Source of the DNA: an uncultured Actinomycetes bacterium
GTDB lineage: Bacteria; Actinomycetota; UBA4738; HRBIN12
DNA: 64,000 nt
Direction of reading: 5' to 3'
Assembly: GCA_963785835.1 (NCBI GenBank)
Contig: CAWAWO010000002.1
Coordinates: forward strand, 624,867-688,866
Part shown: positions 42,575 through 52,348 of the stretch, one piece after another
How the letters are laid out: every line of letters starts with the position of its first letter
Numbering within the stretch: position 1 is the stretch's first letter
Program-made: the position numbers and the translations under genes
The notes under the pieces: model-generated
Told to the model about the DNA's origin: nothing
The model's database searches: none
The model's input: only the letters and a program-made list of their open reading frames with translations

Positions 42575-43453
42575 CCTTCCGGAGCGGGTTCGTGGCCGTC
42601 GTCGGGCGGCCGAACACCGGCAAGTCCACGCTCGTGAACGCCCTCGTCGGCCGGAAGGTCGCGATCGTCTCGGACAAGCCGCAGACGACCCGACGCGGCG
42701 TCCGAGCCGTGCTCACGACCGACGACTACCAGGTCGTGTTCACCGACACGCCGGGGTTCCACAAGCCGCGGACGCTCCTCGGGTCGCGGCTGAACGACCT
42801 CGTCGGCGACGCGACGCAGGGCGTGGACGCGATCGTGCAGGTCGTCGACGCGAAGGCCGGGGTCGGCCGAGGCGACGCCTACGTGTTCGAGCGGCAGGTG
42901 CGGGGGTCCGCCGGAGCGAAGCTCTGCGCGGTGAACAAGCTCGACCTGCTGCGGAACCACCAGGAGGTCCCCCAGCTCGAGGCCGCGGCCGCGCTCGGTG
43001 AGTGGGACGAGGTGGTGCCGGTCTCGGCGAAGACCGGCCGCGGCATCCCCACGCTGCTCGACGTCATCGTCGAGAAGCTGCCCGAGGGTCCCGCGTACTA
43101 CCCGACCGACGAGGACACGGACCAGCCGGTCGAGGTTCGGCTCGCCGAGATCGTGCGCGAGAAGGCCCTCGCGGTGACGAGGCAGGAGGTGCCGCACTCG
43201 ATCGCGGTCGTCGTCGACGAGCTCGAGGTCGAAGACGCGATCACGAAGGTCCACGCCTCGCTGATCGTCGAGCGCGACTCGCAGAAGGGCATCGTGATCG
43301 GCAAGGGCGGCGAGACGCTGAAGACGATCGGCTCTCGGGCGCGCGAGGAGATGGAGCTCGTGCTCGAGCACGAAGGTCTTCCTCGATCTCCGGGTCAAGG
43401 TGCTGAAGGAGTGGCAGCGCGACCCGAAGGCGCTCCAGCGCCTCGGGTTCTGA
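42571..43453 (+). pseudogene. era: GTPase Era, +1 frameshift near 43372
   Basis: G1 GRPNTGKST, G3 DTPG, NKLD, and KH domain VIGKGGETLK. After EMELVLEH the next frame reads KVFLDLRVKVLKEWQRDPKALQRLGF then TGA 43451-43453. The as-sequenced frame reads through to a 535-aa artefact. Confidence 0.9.
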
Positions 43454-43455
43454 CG

Positions 43456-43910
43456 CTACTCGACGACCGTCGCTTCGCCGGTCATCTGCGGATGGATCGT
43501 GCACACGAATTCGTACGTCCCCGGTTCCACCGCGCCGGAGATCGACTCGCCCTGGAAGGTCTCGCCGGCGGCGATGGGGACGTTGATCTGGGTGCCGACC
43601 ATCGTGAACGTGTGGCCGACGTCGTCCTCGTTCACGACCGAGATCTCTTGGGAAACGCTCGCCGTGAAGCACGCCGGGTCGAAGGTGAAGTTCGCGATCG
43701 TGATCGTGAAGCCGGGCTCCTCGCCGGTGAGGTCGGCGCAATCTTCGGCGGGTCCGGTCTCACCCGTCGGGCCGGTGGCGGCGGCGGTCTCGCCGGTCGA
43801 GCCGACAGCCGTTCTCCCGTCGCCGCCGTCGTTCCGCCGCCGTCGTCACCCCGCAGGCACGCGGCGAGCAGGGCCGCAACCGCCGTGAGCACCACCAGAG
43901 CCTTCCGCAT
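43456..43910 (-). pseudogene. cupredoxin (amicyanin-like) lipoprotein, probable 1-nt deletion near 43813
   Basis: ATG 43908-43910 follows AGGAGG. The lipoprotein signal is MRKALVVLTAVAALLAAC. After the G/T/E-rich linker the frame changes and reads TAVGSTGETAAATGPTGETGPAEDC...ITIANFTFDPA...GHTFTMVG...GTYEFVCTIHPQMTGEATVVE. The type-1 Cu ligand set is H, C-x2-H-x2-M. The span is 455 nt = 3n-1. Confidence 0.7.
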
Positions 43911-43965
43911 GGGACCTCCTGGCCAGGGGCGCCCAGGATAGCGGCTCGCAGGCCGCCGCCGTACC

Positions 43966-44935
43966 ATGACTGCGATGTCCCAGGCAGCCGAGATCGAGCG
44001 TGGTCGGCCCGGCCTCGCCCTGTACGCGCCGAAGGAGGCCGCGCGGCTCGTCTCGCGCGTGACGCCGGTCGACGCAGTCGGGCTGGAGGAGCGGGCCGCC
44101 GCGCTCGGGCAGCGCTCGATCAAGCGCGAGTCGAAGCTCTGGGCGCTCGACCTCGCGATCCGGTGCATGGACCTCACGACGCTCGAGGGCACCGACACGA
44201 CCGGCAAGGTCGTCGCGATGTGCGCGAAGGCCGTGCGGCCCAACCCGCTCGACGCGTCGATCCCGTCGGTCGCCGCCGTGTGCCTCTATCCGCACCTCGT
44301 GCCGGTCGCGCTCGCGCAGCTGAAAGGTACGAGCGTGAAGGTCGCGAGCGTCGCGGGTTCGTTCCCGGCCGGCCTGGGCCCGCTCGGTGCCCGGCTTGCC
44401 GAGATCCGGGAGGTCGTCGATCTCGGCGCACACGAGGTCGACATCGTCCTCAACCGCTCGCTTGTTCCTCGGCGGCCGCTACGCCGAGTGCTTCGAGGAG
44501 CTCGTCGCCGCGCGCGACGCGGCCGGCACCGCGCACCTGAAGGTGATCCTCGAGACCGGCGAGCTCGGTTCGTACGACCGGATCCGCCAGGCGTCGGTCC
44601 TCGCGATGGCCTCCGGCGCCGACTTCATCAAGACCTCGACCGGGAAGATCGGCGTGAACGCGACGTTGCCCTCGGCGCTCTGCATGATGGAGGCCGCGCG
44701 CGACTTCCGCCACGAGACCGGTCATCGGATCGGCGTGAAGGTGGCGGGCGGCGTCCGCGCCTCCAAGCAGGCGATCCAGTACCTCACGCTCGTCTACGAG
44801 ACGCTCGGACCCGAGTGGATGACGCCCGACCTGTTCCGGATCGGCGCGTCGACGCTGCTGAACGACGTCTTGATGCAGATCGACAAGGAACGCACCGGCC
44901 GCTACCAGGGCCCCGACTACTTCACGATCGACTGA
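43966..44935 (+). pseudogene. deoC: deoxyribose-phosphate aldolase (long actinobacterial form), +1 frameshift near 44462
   Basis: Frame 1 runs to ...GAHEVDIVLNRS and the next frame reads LFLGGRYAECFEEL...ADFIKTSTGK (Schiff-base Lys)...GVKVAGGVR. The span is 970 nt = 3n+1. Confidence 0.85.
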
Positions 44936-44947
44936 GGGGCGAGATCG

Positions 44948-46453
44948 GTGGCGACGAAGGACATCGAACGGAGCGCGACCTCCGCGCTCGAGCAGCGCGA
45001 GCCGGTGTGGGAGTACGCCGACGCACCCGAGTCCACCGAGATCGTCCGGCTCGAGGAGCGCTACGGCCTGTTCATCGGCGGCGAGTTCGTCGAGCCGAAG
45101 AGCGGCACGTGGTTCGAGACGATCGACCCGGCGACCGAGGAGCCGCTCGCCGAGATCGCCGAGGCCGGGCTGGAGGACGTCGACCTGGCGGTGAGGGCCG
45201 CTCGCAGCGCTTCGGAGTCCTCATGGCGTGAGCTGCCCGGCAGCGAGCGCGCGAAGTACCTCTACCGGATCGCGCGGCAGCTCCAGGAGCGTGCTCGCGA
45301 GTTCGCCGTCCTCGAGACGATGGACGGTGGCAAGCCGATCAAGGAGTCGCGCGACATCGACGTGCCGCTCGCGGCCGCGCACTTCTTCTACTACGCCGGT
45401 TGGGCCGACAAGCTCGACTACGCGTTCCCGAACCGGCACCCGCGACCGATCGGCGTGGCGGGCCAGGTGATCCCGTGGAACTTCCCGCTGCTGATGGCCG
45501 CGTGGAAGATCGCCCCGGCGCTCGCGACCGGCAACACCGTGGTGCTGAAGCCCGCCGAGACCACGCCGCTCACCGCGCTGCTGCTCGCGCAGGTGTTCCA
45601 GGAGGCCGAGCTGCCACCGGGCGTCGCGAACATCATCACGGGCGCAGGTGCGACGGGTGGCGCGCTCGTCGAGCACGACGACGTCGACAAGATCGCGTTC
45701 ACCGGCTCGACCGAGGTCGGCAAGATCATCCGACGTTCGACCGCGGGGACCGGCAAGCGACTCACGCTCGAGCTCGGCGGCAAGGCGGCGAACATCGTGT
45801 TCGAGGACGCGCCGCTCGACCAGGCGGTCGAGGGCGTCATCAACGGCATCTTCTTCAACCAGGGACACGTGTGCTGCGCCGGCTCCAGGCTGCTCGTCGA
45901 GGAGCCGGTGTTCGAGCCGCTGATCGAGAAGCTGAAGGAGCGGCTCCAGACGCTCCGCGTCGGCAACCCGCTCGACAAGAACACGGACATCGGCGCGATC
46001 AACTCGAAGGCGCAGCTCGAGAAGATCGAGGAGCTCGTCGCCGCCGGCGTCGAGGAGGGCGCCGAGATGTACCAGCCCGAATGCCTCCTGCCCGAACGCG
46101 GTTTCTGGTTCCGCCCGACGCTGTTCACCAACGTCTCGCAGTCGCACCGGATCTCGCGCGAGGAGATCTTCGGCCCGGTCCTGTCGATCATCACGTTCCG
46201 GACGCCGGCCGAGGCGGTCGAGAAGGCGAACAACACGCCGTACGGGCTCTCGGCGGGGATCTGGACCGAGAAGGGCTCGCGGATCCTGTGGATGGCCGAG
46301 CGGATGAAGGCCGGCGTCGTGTGGGCGAACACGTTCAACCGGTTCGATCCGGCGTCCCCGTTCGGCGGGTACAAGGAGTCGGGGTTCGGGCGCGAGGGCG
46401 GCCTCCACGGGCTCGAGCCGTACCTGGACCTCGAGCCGAACGGCGGTCCGTAG
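44948..46453 (+). CDS. NAD(P)-dependent aldehyde dehydrogenase
   Basis: 501 aa with PWNFPL, FTGSTEVG, catalytic LELGGK and NQGHVCCAGSR (Cys), and PFGGYKESG. Confidence 0.9.
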   Translation: MATKDIERSATSALEQREPVWEYADAPESTEIVRLEERYGLFIGGEFVEPKSGTWFETIDPATEEPLAEIAEAGLEDVDLAVRAARSASESSWRELPGSERAKYLYRIARQLQERAREFAVLETMDGGKPIKESRDIDVPLAAAHFFYYAGWADKLDYAFPNRHPRPIGVAGQVIPWNFPLLMAAWKIAPALATGNTVVLKPAETTPLTALLLAQVFQEAELPPGVANIITGAGATGGALVEHDDVDKIAFTGSTEVGKIIRRSTAGTGKRLTLELGGKAANIVFEDAPLDQAVEGVINGIFFNQGHVCCAGSRLLVEEPVFEPLIEKLKERLQTLRVGNPLDKNTDIGAINSKAQLEKIEELVAAGVEEGAEMYQPECLLPERGFWFRPTLFTNVSQSHRISREEIFGPVLSIITFRTPAEAVEKANNTPYGLSAGIWTEKGSRILWMAERMKAGVVWANTFNRFDPASPFGGYKESGFGREGGLHGLEPYLDLEPNGGP

Positions 46454-47316
46454 ATGGCCGAGACGCGGGTCCCGGTCCGCCGAACGGCGAAGCTCTACGT
46501 CGGCGGCGAGTTCCCGCGGAGCGAGTCCGGGCGTTCGTACGAGGTGCTCTCGCACGACGGCCAGCCTGCTCGCGCGGGCGGCGCGAGCCTCACGGAAGGA
46601 CCTGCGGGACGCCGTTCGCGCTCGCGCGGGCGGCGCAGCCCGAGTGGGGCGGCAAGACCGCCTTCAACCGCGGGCAGATCCTGTACCGGGTGGCCGAGCT
46701 GATGGAGGGGCGGCGCGCGCAGTTCGAGGCCGAGCTCGCCGACGCCGGCGCGAAGGATCCGGCCCGCGGCGTGAGCGCCTCGATCGACCGATGGGTCTGG
46801 TACGCCGGGTGGGCCGACAAGATCGGACAGGTGCTCGGGGCGACGAACCCCGTCGCCGGTCCCTACTTCAACTTCACGATCCCCGAGCCGACCGGGGTGG
46901 TCGGGATCGTGGCGCCGGGCGACAAGTCGCTGCTCGGGCTCGTGTCCCGGCTCGCGCCGGCGATCGTGTCAGGCAACACCTCCGTCGTGATCGCGAGCGA
47001 GGCCTCACCGCTCCCGGCGGTCTCGCTCGGCGAGGTGCTCGCGACCTCGGATGTGCCCGGGGGGGTCGTCAACATCCTGACCGGCCAGACCGCGGAGCTC
47101 GTTCCGTGGCTCGCAGGCCACATGGACGTGAACGCGATCGACGTCAGCGGGGTGCCCGACGACCTGCTCGCGAAGGTCGACGAGCTCGCCGCGGAGAACG
47201 TGAAGCGCATCGTCCGGGGCGCCGACGTCGACCCGTTCTCCGCCGAGGCGCAGTCGCCCTACGAGGTGACCGCACTGATGGAGTTCAAGACGGTCTGGCA
47301 CCCGATGGGGGCGTAG
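46454..47316 (+). pseudogene. short ALDH-like protein (about 286 aa, cofactor-binding half only), two +1 frameshifts (about 46565 and 46622)
   Basis: ATG follows the ALDH stop directly. Frame 1 reads MAETRVPVRRTAKLYVGGEFPRSESGRSYEVLSHDGQ, frame 2 reads LLARAARASRKDLRDAVRA, and frame 3 reads ARAAQPEWGGKTAFNRGQILYRVAEL...GVVNILTG...EFKTVWHPMGA. No ELGG or catalytic Cys segment is present. Confidence 0.65.
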
Positions 47317-47530
47317 CGAGGGGCTCCGCGGCCGAACCTGCAAACCGAACCCTGCGGGCCGAACCTGTGTCATCATCCGGCCTCATGTCGGTCGACGCCG
47401 CTCTCGATCCGCTCCAGCGAGGTGAAGATGCCCTCGCATCGGGCGACTGGGAAGGAGCCAGAGCTGCGTTCCAACGTTCCCTCGAGGAAGGAGCGTCGGC
47501 TCGAGCCGAGGACGGCCTCGAGAGGGCCCC

Positions 47531-47897
47531 GTGTCGGTCGGAACGGAGTTCGTGAGCTCCGGTGCGGACTCGACGGGTCGGTTCGCCGACTCGTCGGTCG
47601 TGACGGAGGCGGTCCCGCCGAGCCTGCTCGAGTTCGTCACCGAGGCTCGCCTGTCCACGAAGAAGGGTAGGGTCCTCGACTGGACCCTCGTGCACCGGTA
47701 CGAGATCGTCCAGGAGGGGGAGGGCTGCCGGGTTTCGTACACGGTCCGCACGATCCGCATCAGCGAGCTGCCCGGCGTGTTGGCGATGTTCAACGCCCGG
47801 GCCTGCGCTCGCTCCTGCTGAAGGTCGCGGGCTCGAACGTTCGGCGAGGGCTCCGCAATCTCGTCGGCGCGCCGAGGAGCGCGCGGGCGCGCGCTGA
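47531..47897 (+). pseudogene. SRPBCC (START/cyclase-dehydrase-like) gene fragment lacking its N-terminal third, with two probable 1-nt deletions near 47798 and 47870
   Basis: A high-GC3 segment reads VSVGTEFVSSGADSTGRFADSSVVTEAVPPSLLEFVTE...WTLVHRYEIVQEGEGCRVSYTV...LPGVLAMFNA. The best-looking continuation, PGLRSLLLKVAGSNVRRGLRNLVGA then AEERAGAR and a stop, lies in other frames. The family call rests on general resemblance only. Confidence 0.35.
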
Positions 47898-47911
47898 AAG
47901 GGGAGAGGAAG

Positions 47912-48283
47912 ATGGCGAAGGCATCGAAGTCGAGCGCATCGGACCACGTCGAGGCCGAGGGGTTCGAGGGGCACTACGGAGAGCTGGGCGGGACGACGGT
48001 CGGGTTCGAGAGATACACGGCCGATGCGGACATGACGCCGCTGTTCGTCGGCCTGCCCGACGACAAGTGTCAGTGCGAGCACTGGGGCTACGTCTTCGAG
48101 GGCAAGATCGTGTACCACACGGCCGAGGGCGACCAGGAGTTCACCGCCGGCGACGCGTACTTCGTCGGGCCTGGCCACACCCCGGAGATCTTCGCCGGCA
48201 CCTCCCTGGTCGAGTTCAGCCCGACGGATCGGCTGAACGAGACGATGGAGGTCGTCACCAAGAACATGGAGGCGGCCGGCTGA
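47912..48283 (+). CDS. cupin-domain protein
   Basis: 123 aa with RBS GGGGAGAGGAAG. Small beta-barrel-like sequence with HWGYVFEGKIVY...GDAYFVGPGHTP. Confidence 0.65.
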   Translation: MAKASKSSASDHVEAEGFEGHYGELGGTTVGFERYTADADMTPLFVGLPDDKCQCEHWGYVFEGKIVYHTAEGDQEFTAGDAYFVGPGHTPEIFAGTSLVEFSPTDRLNETMEVVTKNMEAAG

Positions 48284-48307
48284 GAGCCGATCCTCGAGCC
48301 GAGCACC

Positions 48308-48334
48308 GGGGCCGGCCCGACGGGCCGGCCCCTT
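48308..48334 (+). terminator. intrinsic terminator-like hairpin after the cupin gene
   Basis: GGGGCCGGCCC-GAC-GGGCCGGCCCC is a perfect 11-bp stem, followed by TTCGTGTGG. Confidence 0.55.
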
Positions 48335-48410
48335 CGTGTGGTGAGCATCTCCACGACTTCGCAACGTTCGTTGCGCGGTTCGGCGGATACCCGTGGGTAC
48401 GATGCGCTCG

Positions 48411-49153
48411 ATGCCCCTCTACAAGGAACAAGGCGTCGTGCTGCGCTCGGTCAAGCTGGGCGAGGCCGACAAGATCGTGACGGTGATGACGCAGGGCTCG
48501 GGCAAGGTACGAGCGGTCGCCAAGGGGATCCGGAAGACGACCTCCCGCTTCGGCGCGCGCCTGGAGCCGTTCACGCACGTTTCATTGATGGTCTACCGCG
48601 GGCGTGGCTCGCTCGACACCGTGAGCCAGGTCGAGATCATCTCGCCGTTCATGGAGCTCCGGCGCGATCTTGGCCTGTTCGCCGCCGGGGAGACGATGCT
48701 CGAGGCCGTCGACAAGGTGGCCGAAGAGCATGAGCGCAACGTCCGGCTGTTCATGCTCCTGCTCACCGGCATGCGGGCGCTCGACGCGCGCCCGGCCGAC
48801 CCGACGGCCGTCGCCGAGTCCTTCCTCCTCAAGCTGCTCTCGCTCTCCGGGTTCCATCCGAGCCTGACCGCGTGCGCGATCTGCGGGCGGCCGGACCCCG
48901 ACCGGTTCGCGAGCGGCCAGGGCGGGCGCAGTGTGCGCCGAGGACGCCGAGTTCGACGCGGGTCACGGCATCGCCGGCGTCGCTCGACCTGCTCGCCACG
49001 CTCGGGAGCACCGGGCTGCTCGAGGCCGGCGCGATCCGTGCCGATACAGCCGTGAGGCGCGAGTCGCGCGTCCTGTTGTTCGGATTCGCGGAGTACCACC
49101 TGGAGCGCCGGATGAAGAGCCTGCCGATCCTCGCGAGGAGCCTGGCCCCGTGA
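48411..49153 (+). pseudogene. recO: DNA repair protein RecO, two +1 frameshifts 35 nt apart (about 48925 and 48960)
   Basis: Frame 1 reads MPLYKEQGVVLRSVKLGEADKIV...ACAICGRPDPDRFASGQGG, frame 2 reads AVCAEDAEFDA, and frame 3 reads VTASPASLDLLATLGSTG...EYHLERRMKSLPIL then TGA 49151-49153. Both sites are GG to GGG expansions. The span is 743 nt = 3n+2. Confidence 0.85.
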
Positions 49154-49899
49154 GCACCTACCTGCACGACCTCGATCACGACCGGCTTCCGAACCACGTC
49201 GGGATCGTCATGGACGGGAACGGCCGCTGGGCGAAGCTCCGCGGCCTCCCCAGGACCGAGGGTCACGCGGCCGGCGAGCAGGCGATGTGGGACACGGTGG
49301 TCGGGGCGAACGAGCTCGGTCTCGGGTGGCTCACGATGTTCGCGTTCTCGACCGAGAACTGGAACCGCCCGAAGGCCGAGGTCGCGTTCCTCATGGGGTT
49401 CAATCGGGGGCTGCTCCGGCGCAGGAGGGACGAGCTCCACCGGATGAACGTGCGGGTGCGCTGGCTCGGGAGGCGGGACTGGCGCGTGCCCCGTTCGGTC
49501 CTGCGGGAGATGGAGATCTCGGAGGAGCTGACGCGGAACAACACCGGCATGACGCTGACGATCGCGTTCAACTACGGCGGGCGGGTCGAGATCGCCGACG
49601 CGGTCAAGAGGCTGCTCGCCGACCACGACGCCGGCCGACTGAAGGGCGAGAAGCTCAGCCCCGAGTCGATCGCCCGGCGCCTGTACCAGCCGGACATGCC
49701 CGATCCCGATCTGATCATCCGCACGAGCGGCGAGGAGCGGATCAGCAACTTCCTGCTGTGGCAGGCCGCCTACAGCGAGCTGTACTTCACGCCGGTGTAC
49801 TGGCCGGACTTCGACCGCGAGCACCTCTACGAGGCGATCCGCGACTACCAGAAGCGCTCGCGGCGGTTCGGCAAGGTCGCCGAGAACGAGTCCGACTAG
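49150..49899 (+). CDS. uppS: undecaprenyl (isoprenyl) diphosphate synthase
   Basis: GTG 49150 overlaps the recO stop. Motifs HVGIVMDGNGRWA and FSTENW...RTSGEERISNFLLWQAAYSELYF. 249 aa. Confidence 0.93.
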   Translation: MSTYLHDLDHDRLPNHVGIVMDGNGRWAKLRGLPRTEGHAAGEQAMWDTVVGANELGLGWLTMFAFSTENWNRPKAEVAFLMGFNRGLLRRRRDELHRMNVRVRWLGRRDWRVPRSVLREMEISEELTRNNTGMTLTIAFNYGGRVEIADAVKRLLADHDAGRLKGEKLSPESIARRLYQPDMPDPDLIIRTSGEERISNFLLWQAAYSELYFTPVYWPDFDREHLYEAIRDYQKRSRRFGKVAENESD

Positions 49900-49981
49900 A
49901 CCGTCGCAACTCGAAGGAGGCGTCGAGCTTCCCGACGAACCGCCGAGGAACTCGAGCCGCGAGCGGTTCACGAGCGCCTGC

Positions 49982-50734
49982 ATGATCCCGGTGAACCTGT
50001 CAACGAAGGAGCCCGAGGCGGAGGATGCCGGGATGTCCGAGAATCGTCACATGCGTCCGATAAGGCCGGCGGGGTCCGGCGCCCCGGATCGGCCGAACCC
50101 GTGCGTCGAAGAGCATCCCATCCTCATGGAGCTCCTCGTGGACGCGCTGGGGACCGGCGACGTCTTCCTCGACGTCGGAGCCAACACCGGGTTCTTCGTC
50201 CTGCCCATCGCAGAGCTCGTAGGCAACGAGGGGCGGGTGCTGGCGTTCGAACCGGCCCCCGACGCCGCGCAGCTCCTCCGGGCGGAGGCCCGAGCGCGCG
50301 GCGTGATGTCCCGGATCTCGCTGTACGAGTTGGCGCTGAGCGACGAGGTCGGCTCGCTTGCGCTTCGTGCCGATCCGGCGCATCCGGACGACACGACGAA
50401 GCGCTCGCTGTTCAACGACGATGGTCCGGTCGTCGCGCAGGTGCCCATCCGCGTGCTGGACGAACTCGTCGGCTCGGGCGAGGTCGAGCTACCCCATGGG
50501 ATCGACGCGGTGAAGATCGACGTGGAGGGAGCGGAGTTGCGGGTCCTCACAGGGATGCGCCGAACGCTCGAGCGGCACCGGCCCCGCGTGATGGTCATCG
50601 AGACGATCGAGCGTCATCTGAAGCGGGCCGGGTCATCGGTCTCCGATGTGGACCGGTTCCTGCGAACCCTCGAGTACGGGCGCTTGAATGACGCCCATGG
50701 CCTCGAGCTGAACGCAGTCTTCGCCCCGATCTGA
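49982..50734 (+). CDS. FkbM-family SAM-dependent methyltransferase
   Basis: [17 protein letters not shown]...LAFEP...[18 protein letters not shown] is typical of FkbM methyltransferases. The start is uncertain (ATG 49982, 50033 or 50051). Confidence 0.78.
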   Translation: MIPVNLSTKEPEAEDAGMSENRHMRPIRPAGSGAPDRPNPCVEEHPILMELLVDALGTGDVFLDVGANTGFFVLPIAELVGNEGRVLAFEPAPDAAQLLRAEARARGVMSRISLYELALSDEVGSLALRADPAHPDDTTKRSLFNDDGPVVAQVPIRVLDELVGSGEVELPHGIDAVKIDVEGAELRVLTGMRRTLERHRPRVMVIETIERHLKRAGSSVSDVDRFLRTLEYGRLNDAHGLELNAVFAPI

Positions 50735-50739
50735 CGCCG

Positions 50740-50925
50740 GTGGCCGACTCCGCGGCGTACTTCGAGCGGGTCGATGGGTCAGCGTTCCGCGCCACGCTTC
50801 ACACGGGTGGAGCGTGGCGCCCGATGATGCAACATGTCGCTCCGGCCCTGGGTCTGCTCACGCACGTCGTCGAGCGCGACCTCGCCGACCGGCGCGGCGA
50901 CGAACTGGTCCGTACACTGAACCCC
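50740..50925 (+). pseudogene. 5' stub of a thioesterase-superfamily (4HBT_3-like) gene, truncated after about 57 codons
   Basis: The high-GC3 frame [57 protein letters not shown] resembles the N-terminus of actinobacterial acyl-CoA thioesterase-like proteins. It then degenerates into the glyQS RBS region. The family call is from memory only. Confidence 0.3.
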
Positions 50926-50969
50926 ACGCCAGCGGCCGCAGCCAGCGGCCGGGAGAGGAGGTTCCGACC

Positions 50970-52345
50970 ATGGCCGACCTCATGGAGGCCATCACCTCCC
51001 TCGCCAAGCGGCGGGGGATCGCGTTCCCATCGAGCGAGATCTACGGGGGCCTGCGCTCGTCGTGGGACTACGGCCCCCTCGGCGTCGAGCTGAAGCGCAA
51101 CATCCGCAACGCCTGGTGGCAGCAGGTCGTGCAGCTCCGCGACGACGTGGTCGGCCTCGAGGCCGCGGTGATCATGTCGCCGAAGGTCTGGGAGGCGAGC
51201 GGCCACCTCGAGGTCTTCACCGACCCACTCGTCGAATGTCTGAAGTGCCACCAGCGCTTCCGCGCCGACCACCTCCCCGGCGTGCACGCGCCGCAGTCCG
51301 GCCACGAGGAGGACGAGACCACGCTCGACATGCACGCGAAGCCGAAGTGCCCCAACTGCGGCAACGACGCGTTCACCGACCCTCGGAACTTCAACCTGAT
51401 GTTCAGGACCCACATGGGGCCGGTCGAGGACGAGACGAACGCGGTCTACCTGCGCCCGGAAACGGCGCAGGGGATGTTCGTCGACTTCCCGACGATCCAG
51501 GCCTCCTCGAGGAAGAAGCTGCCGTTCGGGATCGCGCAGATCGGCAAGTCGTTCCGCAACGAGATCACTCCCGGCAACTTCATCTTCCGGATGCGCGAGT
51601 TCGAGCAGATGGAGCTCGAGTTCTTCGTCGAGCCGGGGACCGACGAGCGGTGGCACGAGTACTGGATCGAGGAACGGCTCCGCTGGTACACCGATCTCGG
51701 GATCCGCAAGGAGAACCTCCGGCGTGCGCGAGCACGAGGCGGACGAGCTCTCGCACTACGCCAAGCGCACCGTCGACATCGAGTACAAGTTCCCGTTCAC
51801 CGACTGGGGTGAGCTCGAGGGGATCGCCAACCGGACCGACTTCGACCTCAAGCAACACGAGGAGCACTCGGGGCAGGACCTCACCTACTTCGATCAGGAG
51901 AAGGAGAAGCGCTACCACCCGTACGTGATCGAGCCCGCGGCGGGCGTGGACCGCGCGCTCCTCGCGTTCCTGATCGACGCCTACACCGTCGACGAGGCGC
52001 CGACCGCGAAGGGCGACGTCGAGAAGCGGACCGTGCTCCGGTTCCACCGCGACCTCGCGCCGATCAAGGTCGCGGTGCTGCCGCTCTCGCGCAACGAGCA
52101 GCTCGCCCCCGACGCCAGGGCGGTCTTCGACCTCGTGAAGCCGCGGTGGATGGCGCAGTTCGACGACGCCGGGAGCGATCGGACGGCGGTATCGCCGCCA
52201 GGACGAGGTCGGCACCCCGTTCTGCGTCACGGTCGATTTCGACACGTTGGAGGACCGGCAGGTGACGGTTCGCGAGCGCGACACGATGACCCAGGATCGG
52301 ATCCCGATCGAGAACCTCGTGGGCTACCTCGCCGAACGCCTGTAA
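50970..52345 (+). pseudogene. glyQS: glycyl-tRNA synthetase (dimeric GlyQS type), two +1 frameshifts (about 51723 and 52177)
   Basis: ATG 50970 follows GGGAGAGGAGG. Frame 1 reads [27 protein letters not shown]...[25 protein letters not shown]...IRKENLR. Frame 2 reads [21 protein letters not shown]...[10 protein letters not shown]...QFDDAGS. Frame 3 reads [20 protein letters not shown]...LAERL then TAA 52343-52345. The span is 1376 nt = 3n+2. Confidence 0.9.
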
Positions 52346-52348
52346 GAC

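Noticed and set aside
47385-47555. A 56-aa ORF with a TPR-like sequence, considered as a real gene.
   Set aside because: Third-position GC is mediocre, there is no RBS, and the ORF terminates abruptly before any complete domain. I treat it as a possible relic within a decayed region.
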